A stretch of 61,115 nucleotides of DNA, the filler included. It is 4 parts of 4 records of this genome, joined end to end, with 100 filler letters (N's around TTAATTAATTAA, not from the genome) between each part and the next. Parts side by side here need not be neighbours in the genome. Positions count along the whole stretch, not along the records: positions 1 to 26,030 come from SRR20825019_2767; 3 more parts are not named here. One strand, 5' to 3'. The position numbers were made by a program, and so were the translations under genes. A model generated the notes under the pieces. It saw only the letters and a list, made by a program, of their open reading frames with translations. It ran no database searches and was not told the origin of the DNA. Of this stretch, positions 1 through 9,666 are shown piece after piece; positions within the stretch are counted from its first letter, which is position 1, and each line of letters opens with the position of its first letter.

Positions 1-54
1 TAGAGCATCTGACTGTTAATCAGAGGGTCCCTGGTTCGAGCCCAGGAAGGAGCG
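1..54 (+). tRNA. tRNA-Asn(GTT), 5'-truncated by window edge
   Basis: Anticodon arm CTGA-CTGTTAA-TCAG; T arm CCTGG-TTCGAGC-CCAGG (30-46); acceptor 3' strand AAGGAGC plus G discriminator; no encoded CCA. Confidence 0.93.
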
Positions 55-56
55 CT

Positions 57-85
57 AAGCCTTACAGAAATGTAAGGCTTTTTTT
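57..85 (+). terminator. Rho-independent terminator after tRNA-Asn
   Basis: Perfect 10-bp stem AAGCCTTACA-GAAA-TGTAAGGCTT followed by a T run. Confidence 0.85.
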
Positions 86-184
86 GTTCCTTGGATCTTT
101 AAAACGATCCGTCATCACTTCATCAAAAAACCGCGTGTTATTTTAAATAAACACGAATGAATTTTAAAATTATCATAAATCATA

Positions 185-214
185 TTGTTGAACGAAGGCA
201 ATTGTTTATGTTTG
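185..214 (+). promoter_or_regulatory. Bacteroidota primary-sigma promoter for the Rhs operon
   Basis: TTG (185-187), 19-nt spacer, TATGTTTG (207-214), matching the Bacteroidota -33 (T)TTG / -7 TAnnTTTG consensus. Confidence 0.6.
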
Positions 215-388
215 CCGCGAACCCTAATTAACATTTACTAGAATTGAAATCATCAATTTTCTTGTTTATGACGGTTTAAGTTAGATAGAACTAGCGGATT
301 TTTGTTGGCCCTAACCACGCAAATCCCGAAGTAAAATTTTATTGTAAATCTAGGTTTTGTGCTTGTAACAATTCCCAATTATATTGAA

Positions 389-784
389 ATGAAAAGAATC
401 TATTCTTTGTTCATTTTGTGTGGTATTTTTTGTTTTACCTCAACGAATGGATACAGTCAAAATTTTGAAATCGAACCAACAGTCTGTGATTCAATTGACT
501 CTAATAACTACTTTGTTCATATAACTGGATATGCCACTTTCTCTGATTCTATGATCATGTATGTAGAATTGGTTCAGGCGGATAGTTCAGCTACGGTTGT
601 TTACTCTGCTTCGAAGGACTTTGGCGTAGGTGGGACATCTTCACTTACTAACTTTACTTACGATCCATTAACTGAGTACTTTCAGTTGGACATAGGAACT
701 TACGCAAACCGACAATATCGGATTCACTTATGGGCTGAGGTTGATGGAGAGCTTACCGAAGAATTAATCATAGACACTTTTTAG
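389..784 (+). CDS. Hypothetical secreted protein, first gene of Rhs operon
   Basis: ATG at 389 gives a signal peptide MKRIYSLFILCGIFCFTSTNGYS|Q; beta-rich acidic mature part; 2 nt before the next gene. Confidence 0.75.
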   Translation: MKRIYSLFILCGIFCFTSTNGYSQNFEIEPTVCDSIDSNNYFVHITGYATFSDSMIMYVELVQADSSATVVYSASKDFGVGGTSSLTNFTYDPLTEYFQLDIGTYANRQYRIHLWAEVDGELTEELIIDTF

Positions 785-786
785 CC

Positions 787-2007
787 ATGCATAGATTCCT
801 TTCGCATAAATCATTTTTACTTCTCTGCAGTGTCCTCTTATCGAGTATTTTTTGCTTTGGTCAACGAGGAGGAGGTATGAGTCCAGTTGTTACTCTTGTA
901 CCAACGGTTACTCATGGAACATGTTCTAACCCGTTCGGAAACGTTTCATACTATATTAATGTTTCTACAGGATGGGTAAAAGGAACGAAGATTAATACGC
1001 TCCTATTAAAAGATGAATCAGGAAGTGTTGTTTACGATCATCTTGATTGGAATGCAGCAGCTTATCCCTATGGAAGTGTCTCTAATCTACCTTCAGGTGT
1101 ATACACTTTTTCTGGCTCTGTTACTGTCAAAGATAATTTAGGAAATTGGATGTCAGCGCCTATAAACGTAACTATATGGGTTGGGATTCAAACTGTTTGG
1201 AAAGATATGGTGGATATGGTTGCCAGTCCAAACGCATACTCCGCAAAAAGAAATAATACTCAGTATACCTACGGTGGGGCTGTCTCAACTAATAGAACAG
1301 GGCTAGCAAACTTTTGGATAGAAATGAAACCTGCCTATGGTGGGAGCACTAATAGTAACGTCTATTGGGTGATTGGAGAAACAAACACGATTTCTACATT
1401 TAACCCAACTGCGAATGTTCAATACATCCAATTTTATAACACGTCATTAGGATCAGGTGTTCGTGTAAGATATAGACAAACGAACGGAATATATACTACG
1501 AGCGTGATAAGTGGTGCAAATTATTATGATAAAATAAGGGTGTCCAGAAACGGAACAACGCTTATTGTTCAAGTAAATGATAACACAACGACTGCGTTTA
1601 CTTTCCCATCATCTTCAACAGGAGCTGTGAATATTGGTGTTTTTAGCTCACAAATGAATGACGGAGCTTTCGATATTGTAAGTTCACTTCCTTGTGTTTA
1701 CGATAATCATTTTCATTATCTCAAGTCTTCCATAGAAGAATCAATCGCTTATGTGAACGGGAGTCTGAAGTTTAAGTTTGAAGAAAACTATTTTGACAAT
1801 TCCCAAACCTTGGAATATCAGGTTCGAGATCTTAATACGAATAATGCAACGCCTGTTTCTGGAACGCTAACGAAGCTAGTAGAGGTAGATTTTTATTCGA
1901 TCAATATTCTTAGTGGAGGACTTAATTTGGTTTCTGGAAGAACCTACTTGCTAACAGTAACCAATGAGAAGGGAATAAAATCATATTTAAAATTTAAGGT
2001 AGCATAA
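787..2007 (+). CDS. Hypothetical secreted beta-rich protein with Ig-like/T9SS-CTD-like tail
   Basis: 406-aa ORF; signal peptide ending CFG|Q; C-terminus ...LVSGRTYLLTVTNEKGIKSYLKFKVA. Confidence 0.75.
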   Translation: MHRFLSHKSFLLLCSVLLSSIFCFGQRGGGMSPVVTLVPTVTHGTCSNPFGNVSYYINVSTGWVKGTKINTLLLKDESGSVVYDHLDWNAAAYPYGSVSNLPSGVYTFSGSVTVKDNLGNWMSAPINVTIWVGIQTVWKDMVDMVASPNAYSAKRNNTQYTYGGAVSTNRTGLANFWIEMKPAYGGSTNSNVYWVIGETNTISTFNPTANVQYIQFYNTSLGSGVRVRYRQTNGIYTTSVISGANYYDKIRVSRNGTTLIVQVNDNTTTAFTFPSSSTGAVNIGVFSSQMNDGAFDIVSSLPCVYDNHFHYLKSSIEESIAYVNGSLKFKFEENYFDNSQTLEYQVRDLNTNNATPVSGTLTKLVEVDFYSINILSGGLNLVSGRTYLLTVTNEKGIKSYLKFKVA

Positions 2008-2009
2008 CA

Positions 2010-2504
2010 ATGAAAAGCGGCTCTCTAAAACCCATTCTATTAAGCGCGCTTGTTGGTGGCATAGTTGCCTTGCTTGCTGTTTTCCTTCTTGTTCCAAAAC
2101 AGAAGGAACTAAAGTTCGTTCAAATGACACAAGTCTTTGCTGAAAGTAAAGTGAAGCAGAAGTATGAAAAGGAACTCACTGAATACGAACAGCAAAGTAA
2201 TTCGAAATTAAAGGATCTTGAAAATACGATCCGTCAAAAAGAAATAGAAGGTCAACCAATTGAATTAGTATCAAATCTTCGAAACGAACTTAAACAGTTA
2301 CAGAAGGATTTATCCGATCAATATGCAGAGAAATCAGATGCATTTCAAGCATCGATTTGGTCAGAGCTAAACAAGAAAATTGAAGACTACGGAAAAAAAA
2401 TGGGGTATATCTACATTCTTGGTGCGAAGGGCGACGGATCGATTATGTATGCTCAAGAAAGTGAAGATATCACAAAGGAAGTCATCGAGTACATAAATAA
2501 ATGA
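2010..2504 (+). CDS. OmpH/Skp family periplasmic chaperone-like protein
   Basis: N-terminal hydrophobic anchor, KFVQMTQVF strand, long coiled coil, C-terminal YGKKMGYIYILG...IMYA...DITKEVIEYIN typical of Skp. Confidence 0.8.
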   Translation: MKSGSLKPILLSALVGGIVALLAVFLLVPKQKELKFVQMTQVFAESKVKQKYEKELTEYEQQSNSKLKDLENTIRQKEIEGQPIELVSNLRNELKQLQKDLSDQYAEKSDAFQASIWSELNKKIEDYGKKMGYIYILGAKGDGSIMYAQESEDITKEVIEYINK

Positions 2505-3100
2505 AAGGAATAAAAACAATCATTTTCATTTTGTCCATAGGGTGTCTTTCATTTGTTAAGCCGCCGGAAAAGGCAATGGAGAAATTTAAGCAGTGGTATA
2601 ATGACAATCTTTCGTCACTGCAAATGAGTGAACAAAACAATGGCTTTGATTTGGCGCTGCGCTACCTGCCTAGTGAACTGAATGTGATCCGGGAGATTTC
2701 CAAAAAGAACGATGTTAGCAAACAAGAGATTAAAGGACTTTATAAAAAATACTCTGGCACCCACGAGTTTAGTTTTAAAGTGAGTCGCTCTGGGGTTCAA
2801 GATCTTTTAACACATTTGTCGATCGACAACTCAGATTATGAGAATAGACTTTTCTACCTTATTGAAAGTATAGCGAGTGATTTTACACTCGTAACAAATA
2901 TTGGAGATTTAAAACCTCTAAATTGTCATTTCGAAAATAATTACGGGAATGCACCATTCCTTACCTTCCATTTGTCTTTTGAGAAATCACCAGACGAAAA
3001 ACTAAAAAACCTTGTGTACCAAGATCAGTCCTTTGGACTAGAAACTGCGGTATTCGATTTAGAGCAAATTGAGAAATTAACGATTCCTAAAATAAAGTAA
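2501..3100 (+). CDS. Hypothetical exported protein, probable lipoprotein
   Basis: 199-aa ORF overlapping the upstream stop by 4 nt; short signal ending SIGC (possible lipobox); motif CHFENNYGNAPFLTFHLSF. Confidence 0.7.
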   Translation: MKGIKTIIFILSIGCLSFVKPPEKAMEKFKQWYNDNLSSLQMSEQNNGFDLALRYLPSELNVIREISKKNDVSKQEIKGLYKKYSGTHEFSFKVSRSGVQDLLTHLSIDNSDYENRLFYLIESIASDFTLVTNIGDLKPLNCHFENNYGNAPFLTFHLSFEKSPDEKLKNLVYQDQSFGLETAVFDLEQIEKLTIPKIK

Positions 3101-3103
3101 GCT

Positions 3104-6100
3104 ATGTTAATCAAAATCAGAAAGTTTCGTTCTGTTAAAATTGTAGCATTGATATTGGCTGTTCAGATGTTTCTGACAGCAGTAGATTTTAATCCAGTTT
3201 TTGGACAAGGAGGTGGACCGACTCAACCTGAGGTTCAATCCTTCGAACCTATTCAAACCAATCAAATGGTGGATTTGTTTACGGGAGATTTCACGTACAA
3301 TGTTCCTTTGTTCAATATTCCAGGGCCAGATGGTGGATATCCAATTAATCTAGCCTATCATTCAGGAGTACAAATGGAACAAGAAGCCTCATGGGTAGGT
3401 CTTGGTTGGAACATTAATGTTGGAACCATTACACGACAAGTACGAAACTTACCCGATGATTTTGGTGGGTCGACTGAAGATGCTGTAATTATTAAAACGG
3501 ATATGCGTCCGAATTGGACCGTTGGTGTGGGGGCTTCACTCTCTCCTGAAAGTTTCGGTATTGATTTTAAGAATGCAAGTAATATAGGATTAAACATTGG
3601 ACTTAGTGGTTCAGTTTACTATAACAATTACAGAGGTATAGGCTACAGTTTAGGTGTTGATATTGGAACTAGAATTGGTCCCAAAGAAGGATTGTCAGGA
3701 GATTTAGGTTTTGATTTGAGTTTGGATTCTCAGGAGGGAGCAAATGCTGATTTAAGCCTTGGTGTTAATTATACCGCAGGTGATTGGCAAAGTAAACTTT
3801 CAGTTGGGACAGGTTTCAATTCAAGAACAGGATGGAAACAGGATTTAAACATTCAAGCGAGCGCGTCAAAATCCTACGATTCTGAGAATAGAAAGGATAA
3901 AGACGGAAATAAAATAGAAGCGAAAGATCTTGCAAGTGCTGGTGGTGGGTCGAGTATTAGCTTTGCAAGTCCAGTTGCTTCAATGGCTGTTCCTCAACAA
4001 ATGAGAGGTGCAAATGGGACACTTTCCTTTGGAACGGGAATAAACATTTTTTCTCAAGAGGCGAAGTTCAGTGCTCGCGTCTTTTTCAATATTTCGAAAC
4101 TAAAAGATAGAAACAAAGCAGTGAGCTATAAGCCTTTTGGTTACATGTATTACCAGAATGCAAATGATGCTAATTACGATCTTGAAAGCGATTATAGGGT
4201 AAAAGATATGTCACGGGAAAATGACGGGTTAGTTCATAAAGACACACGTCGTCTGGGAGTTCCGAATCAGAACTTTGATGTGTATTCTGTAACTGGACAA
4301 GGAATTGGAAATATGTTCCGTCCACGAAGATCTGACATCGGAACCAACGTGGAGCCGAGAAAAAAATCAGAATACAACGGAGGTAACTTTGGATTAGAAC
4401 TTCCTCTTTCTTCTCCTCTAAATTTAAGAGTTGGCTTTGACGTAGGCTACAACTATGCTCACTCTAAAACCGATTTTTGGCCTAACCCTAATGCTGCAAA
4501 CTTAGGTTTTCAGTCTACAAAACCTTCTATGTCTAGTTCAGTGTATTTCCAAAATTATGGGGAGCAAACAACGGATGAACTTGATGCTAATTATGGAAGC
4601 TCTGTTGCCTCATCAAAGGCAGTTACCTATGGTCTTGCTAATAACGATGGCTTCTATGACATTACCAATGCGGATCAAAATAATGGCGGAAGCACCATCA
4701 ATATTAACAACACACGAGCGGAACGAAAAAGACGCTCAATGGGCTTTGAGGCATTTACAAACAAAATGATTCTAAACTCAGATTATGGTTCAACAGTGAT
4801 TCCAGAGTATGATATTTCATATTACCCAACTGTTGGGAATGGAAGCTACAATAAGACTAATTTGAGTTCATACAATTCGATTAGAACGCAGCGGCCTATT
4901 GGTCATGTGGCTGGATATACAGCATTCAATACTTCTGGAATGAGATATGTTTATGGTCTCGCTGCGTACAACAATAAGGAAAGAAATGTTAGCTTTTCAT
5001 TGGCTGAAACTGTTCCTATGCTCACTCAAAGTGAAGTTGCTACTCCAACAAGCGGATCAGAAATCAATTATAAAGCTCAAGGAACAGATAAGTACTATCA
5101 ATCGATGGAGAAAACAGGATACGCCCATTCGTATATGCTTACCTCTATTTTAGGAAATGATTATGTAGAATTTGACGACGTTGCTGGACCTTCAGATGGT
5201 GATTTAGGCTATTGGGTGAAGTTTGATTATACCAGAGCAAAATCCAATGCAAAATGGAGAACGCCGTACGATAAAGTTGCGTATGACAAAGGATATGAAA
5301 TGTCATTCTCAGATGGAAAAGGCAGTTACGCTTATGGTGAAAAAGAGGTTTGGTATTTAGCAACCGCTGAGACAAAAACACATATTGCCGAGTTTATCCT
5401 TTCTCCTCGAAAAGACAATTTTGAACCGATTGATGAGCTTGGAAGTGGACGTTCAAACAACGCTGCATATTACAAACTAGATCGCATTGATGTGTATGTA
5501 AAAAGTGAGCGCTACCCAAATGGAGTATATAATGCAAACGCAAAACCACTTAAAAGCTGTCACTTTGTGTATGACTATAGTCTTTGCAAAGGAATTCCTG
5601 GAAACAATGGCGCAAACGATACAGGTGAAGAGGGTGTTATCACTAATGCAGGAGGAAAGCTGACCTTGAAAAAATGCTATTTCACCTACAGAAATAACGG
5701 AACAGGCGCAGCAACTCCTTATGAATTCGAATACAATACAACTGTTGGTGGTCAAGAAATCACCTACAACAGAGACGCAGTGGACAGATGGGGAAATTAC
5801 CAGCCGAATCCAAATGCGAAAAACGTAGACTATCCATACATCAATCCGACGATTTCGAAGGCGACTATGGACGAGCGAGCAAGTTTATGGAACATCGCAG
5901 CGATAAACCTTCCTTCTGGTGGTAGATACGAAATGCAGTATGAATCTGACTCGTACGCGTACGTGCAGAATGAGGTTGCGATGCACATGTTTAAGATTGA
6001 GAGTTTGAACGATTATGCGGATTATGTCGCAAACGGTTCAAAAACAGGCGATATAGAACACGACGCAAATGATCCTGCCGAGAATCGAAGGGTATATTTC

Positions 6101-9100
6101 AAACTTGAAAAACCGATCTCCGCCTCCTTAAGTGCGCAAGAAATCGATAAGGAAATTCAGAAGTACATTAAACCACAGGAATACATGTATTTCAAAGTGA
6201 AAATTAATGTCACCAATGATAACTCAAGTAAAGAATTTGTTGGAGGGTATTCAAAAGTTGCCGCGGTAAACGTTGACCCGACAAGTGATGTTGGCGGAGA
6301 CTACCAGTGGGGATATGTCGAATTGGCTCTAATGAAAGTAGACAACAAGCTTACCAAGTTCCACCCATTTACCGAAGTCGGTGCACGTCACATTAAATTC
6401 AATCACCCTGACGTACTTTACAACGTGGCGGCTGGATCATCACAAGATGAGTTATCCAAAAATGAAATTAAGAATGCAGGTATGAGTATCCTTAATTCTG
6501 GTAAAGACATTGTTGATTTATTTAAAGACTTTACCGCGATGCTCTATGGAAATGGAAACAAGCGCCTAAAGCAAATTGGACTCGATGATTCCTATATTCG
6601 TCTTCGTACTCCAGATAAAGTGAAATACGGAGGAGGCCATCGCGTAAAAAAGGTGACTGTTTATGACAACTGGGCAGATTCATTCCTTGGGGTAACTAAT
6701 GAAACGACATCTTCTTATGCTACTGTTTATGAGTATGATATGGAAGATGGTGGTGAAGTCATCAGTTCTGGAGTTGCGGCTTATGAGCCAATGGTTGGGG
6801 GAGATGAAAACCCACTTAAAAAACCAATCAAAGGTTGGGAAGATAAAAATGTTGCTGCAAAAACACTAGCACAATTATTTACCGAAGAACCAGGTAACGA
6901 ATCCCTGTTCCCGGGACCAACTGTAGGTTACCGACAAGTCAAAGTAATGTCGGAGAATACACAAGCAAAAATGGCGAACCCTGCTAGTCCAATCCAAAGC
7001 TATTCGGGAATTTCAATCAGTGAATTTTATACTGCAAAGGACTATCCTGTGATTCGTTCTGTATCTGAATTGGAAACGGACAAAACATTGAGATCTTCTA
7101 AACTGTTAATTCCAGCTTTACTTGTGAATATCTCACGTTTGAGAATGGCAGCAAGTCAAGGTTATTACATTGAACTCAATGACATGCATGGTAAACCAAA
7201 AGGCGGGAAAGAAATCGGTATTAATATTATCGAACCAACACTGGGAGTCTACGAGGTTGAACAAGAGGTTATTTCCAGTATGCAGTACGATTATTTCGAC
7301 ACTTACGAAACGAAAAAGAACGATGCTGGAGAGTACTTGACTATTCGTTCTCTAAAGAATGATGTGAGTGTATTGTACTCAGACAGAGATTTGGGAGACT
7401 TATCAAAAAGTGATATTTCTACCGCGACATTGGCTACTGAGGTAGAATTTATTCCTGAAACGAGGTATAACGAATCGAAGAATATCAGTGCTGCATTAGC
7501 GTTTAACTTCGAAGCATTTGGGTTTATTCCAGCGTTCTACCCTATTCCAACCTTTAATTATAGCGCGGAAAAAACGGGGACTGTTGTTACGAACAAAATA
7601 GTTAATAAAACGGGAATTGTGCGAAGAACATCCGCATTCCAAAGAGGATCATCGGTAGAAACAGAAAACTTAGTATTTGATCAGTATACGGGACAACCAC
7701 TTCTCACAACCGTTACTTCTGAATACAAGGATAAAATATACGGATATTCTATTTTGGCTCGTGACGTATACGAAGGAGCTGGGCCAGCCTATAAAAATAT
7801 CGGATTTGAGTCAAAAGGAGATCCAATCACTACTTACGCCAATGGAATTCAGCATTTTTCTATGGTGAATGGTTCTGAGTTCTTTGAAGGTGATCAATTA
7901 CTCGCAACACCTATTAAAGCAAATGGAACGAACGATATTAACAGAGATTCAAAAGTAGTTTACTTCTCCAAGCAAGTTGAAATCGCTGGTGTACCACAGA
8001 ACGATTTCGTGATTGAAACAAAACAGCCGCTTGTCGATACGTATCGTTTTACTGTAATTCGCAGTGGAAGAAAGAACTTACTTTCCTTACCTGTTTCTGG
8101 AATCGCGGCACTAAAAGATCCAACGAAAAACAGGAGTATAGTCACTTGTAATGACGGTAAAGGAGAAGATGTTATTCAGCAAATTTCTATGCTCAGTGTA
8201 GACAGTGTTTTATCTATAAACGCTGTTGAATTAGGCCATCGTTGGAATAAAGACGCTAGACAATTGGAAACCACTCCATCGACATGGTATGATGACGCTT
8301 TCTATATGAGAGGAGCTTCTGGAATGTATTCGCCAATTCGTACTTATGAATACATCGATGACCGTGTTCAACGCACAACGGCTGGTGTTACTGACGTTGA
8401 ACTTAAAAAAGATGGTGTTTTGAGGTATGTTAATCTATTCGATTGGAACTACATACTAGCCATGGAACAATCGTGTGGTACAAAATGGAAAAACACAAAT
8501 CAAATTACGTTAAAAAATCCATCAAGTTCTGCTCTTGAAAGCAAGAATATCCTGGGGGTATACAGCGCCCAATTGTACGGAAGAGCTGGAACAGAAGCAA
8601 TCGCGGTTGCAGGAAATGCAAAGAACACCGAAATAGGTTTTGAGAATTTCGAAGAATATGCTTCGGGAGCATTGCCGATTTCGTTGAACGCAACCAATAA
8701 CATGAACTTCTACTCTTCTATAGATCAAACATCGAGAATTGTTGAAGATCGTTTTGATGTAGTAAACGGGTTAAATGGTTCGGCATACATTAATGTTGAC
8801 TACAGCGAAATAATGCAATATGCTAACTTCACCCTTCGTGTTCAAACAGACGGATTAGGTGACGAGGCTCATGAGGCGATTTCAAAACAAAACTTAACAT
8901 TCTTAAGCATGGGTGTTGGTCTTACAAAGATTACCCCGACAAATCCAAATGATTTTAATATCACCAACTTTAATACACGACGTTGGAGAGGAGAATTGTT
9001 CGCTCAAAAGACCATTCCGAACTACCCATCTAATTTGGTGAATCCAAATTTAGCTGTTATGGAGGGTCGTGCTCATACGGGTAACAAATGCTTGCGCGTA

Positions 9101-9664
9101 GGTAGCATTAATGGAGCGAATTTCCTTCAAGGGAGGTTAACACTCAAACCAAATGAGAAATATCAGTTTTCAGGATGGTTTAGTAGTCCGAATAATTTAT
9201 TCCTATTGCAGTATGCCCAGACTCTTTTCCTAAATGACATGCAATTGGAGTTCTTTGATTTTGCAGGCAACTTAGTTTCAACTCAAGTTCTTCCTGAAGC
9301 GGATATTCTACAAGGTAACTTTATTGAAGATTGGCAAAAATTCACAATCAACTTTACCATGCCAGCGGGCGCACATTATGTGAGCATTAAACTTCCAAAT
9401 ACACATGAGGTTTATGATAACGAAATAGACGATTACGTTCAAGCAGCATTCTATGATGATTTGAGAATTCAGCCTCTTGACGGCGGACTTCAAGGATACG
9501 TCTACAATCAAGAAAATCAGCGTTTGGAGGCCGTTCTTGACGGAAACAATTATGCTACTTTCTACTATTATGACGATCAAGGAAATCTTTTCTTAACCAA
9601 AAGAGAGACCGAAAAGGGAATTATTACTGTTCAGGAATCGCGTAGCTATTTAAAAAGAAACTAA
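3104..9664 (+). CDS. Large secreted SpvB/TcB-like YD-repeat protein (2186 aa)
   Basis: Signal peptide ending PVFG|Q; SpvB-like N-terminus TGDFTYNVPL..PG..GYPINLAYHSG...GLGWNINVGTITR; YD-like repeats; CBM4/9-like domain near the C-terminus; ends FYYYDDQGNL..KRETEKG. Confidence 0.75.
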   Translation: MLIKIRKFRSVKIVALILAVQMFLTAVDFNPVFGQGGGPTQPEVQSFEPIQTNQMVDLFTGDFTYNVPLFNIPGPDGGYPINLAYHSGVQMEQEASWVGLGWNINVGTITRQVRNLPDDFGGSTEDAVIIKTDMRPNWTVGVGASLSPESFGIDFKNASNIGLNIGLSGSVYYNNYRGIGYSLGVDIGTRIGPKEGLSGDLGFDLSLDSQEGANADLSLGVNYTAGDWQSKLSVGTGFNSRTGWKQDLNIQASASKSYDSENRKDKDGNKIEAKDLASAGGGSSISFASPVASMAVPQQMRGANGTLSFGTGINIFSQEAKFSARVFFNISKLKDRNKAVSYKPFGYMYYQNANDANYDLESDYRVKDMSRENDGLVHKDTRRLGVPNQNFDVYSVTGQGIGNMFRPRRSDIGTNVEPRKKSEYNGGNFGLELPLSSPLNLRVGFDVGYNYAHSKTDFWPNPNAANLGFQSTKPSMSSSVYFQNYGEQTTDELDANYGSSVASSKAVTYGLANNDGFYDITNADQNNGGSTININNTRAERKRRSMGFEAFTNKMILNSDYGSTVIPEYDISYYPTVGNGSYNKTNLSSYNSIRTQRPIGHVAGYTAFNTSGMRYVYGLAAYNNKERNVSFSLAETVPMLTQSEVATPTSGSEINYKAQGTDKYYQSMEKTGYAHSYMLTSILGNDYVEFDDVAGPSDGDLGYWVKFDYTRAKSNAKWRTPYDKVAYDKGYEMSFSDGKGSYAYGEKEVWYLATAETKTHIAEFILSPRKDNFEPIDELGSGRSNNAAYYKLDRIDVYVKSERYPNGVYNANAKPLKSCHFVYDYSLCKGIPGNNGANDTGEEGVITNAGGKLTLKKCYFTYRNNGTGAATPYEFEYNTTVGGQEITYNRDAVDRWGNYQPNPNAKNVDYPYINPTISKATMDERASLWNIAAINLPSGGRYEMQYESDSYAYVQNEVAMHMFKIESLNDYADYVANGSKTGDIEHDANDPAENRRVYFKLEKPISASLSAQEIDKEIQKYIKPQEYMYFKVKINVTNDNSSKEFVGGYSKVAAVNVDPTSDVGGDYQWGYVELALMKVDNKLTKFHPFTEVGARHIKFNHPDVLYNVAAGSSQDELSKNEIKNAGMSILNSGKDIVDLFKDFTAMLYGNGNKRLKQIGLDDSYIRLRTPDKVKYGGGHRVKKVTVYDNWADSFLGVTNETTSSYATVYEYDMEDGGEVISSGVAAYEPMVGGDENPLKKPIKGWEDKNVAAKTLAQLFTEEPGNESLFPGPTVGYRQVKVMSENTQAKMANPASPIQSYSGISISEFYTAKDYPVIRSVSELETDKTLRSSKLLIPALLVNISRLRMAASQGYYIELNDMHGKPKGGKEIGINIIEPTLGVYEVEQEVISSMQYDYFDTYETKKNDAGEYLTIRSLKNDVSVLYSDRDLGDLSKSDISTATLATEVEFIPETRYNESKNISAALAFNFEAFGFIPAFYPIPTFNYSAEKTGTVVTNKIVNKTGIVRRTSAFQRGSSVETENLVFDQYTGQPLLTTVTSEYKDKIYGYSILARDVYEGAGPAYKNIGFESKGDPITTYANGIQHFSMVNGSEFFEGDQLLATPIKANGTNDINRDSKVVYFSKQVEIAGVPQNDFVIETKQPLVDTYRFTVIRSGRKNLLSLPVSGIAALKDPTKNRSIVTCNDGKGEDVIQQISMLSVDSVLSINAVELGHRWNKDARQLETTPSTWYDDAFYMRGASGMYSPIRTYEYIDDRVQRTTAGVTDVELKKDGVLRYVNLFDWNYILAMEQSCGTKWKNTNQITLKNPSSSALESKNILGVYSAQLYGRAGTEAIAVAGNAKNTEIGFENFEEYASGALPISLNATNNMNFYSSIDQTSRIVEDRFDVVNGLNGSAYINVDYSEIMQYANFTLRVQTDGLGDEAHEAISKQNLTFLSMGVGLTKITPTNPNDFNITNFNTRRWRGELFAQKTIPNYPSNLVNPNLAVMEGRAHTGNKCLRVGSINGANFLQGRLTLKPNEKYQFSGWFSSPNNLFLLQYAQTLFLNDMQLEFFDFAGNLVSTQVLPEADILQGNFIEDWQKFTINFTMPAGAHYVSIKLPNTHEVYDNEIDDYVQAAFYDDLRIQPLDGGLQGYVYNQENQRLEAVLDGNNYATFYYYDDQGNLFLTKRETEKGIITVQESRSYLKRN

Positions 9665-9666
9665 GC

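Noticed and set aside
134-155. Near-palindrome CGTGTTATTTTAAATAAACACG upstream of the Rhs operon promoter
   Set aside because: A single imperfect AT-rich instance with no cognate regulator in view; too weak to call.
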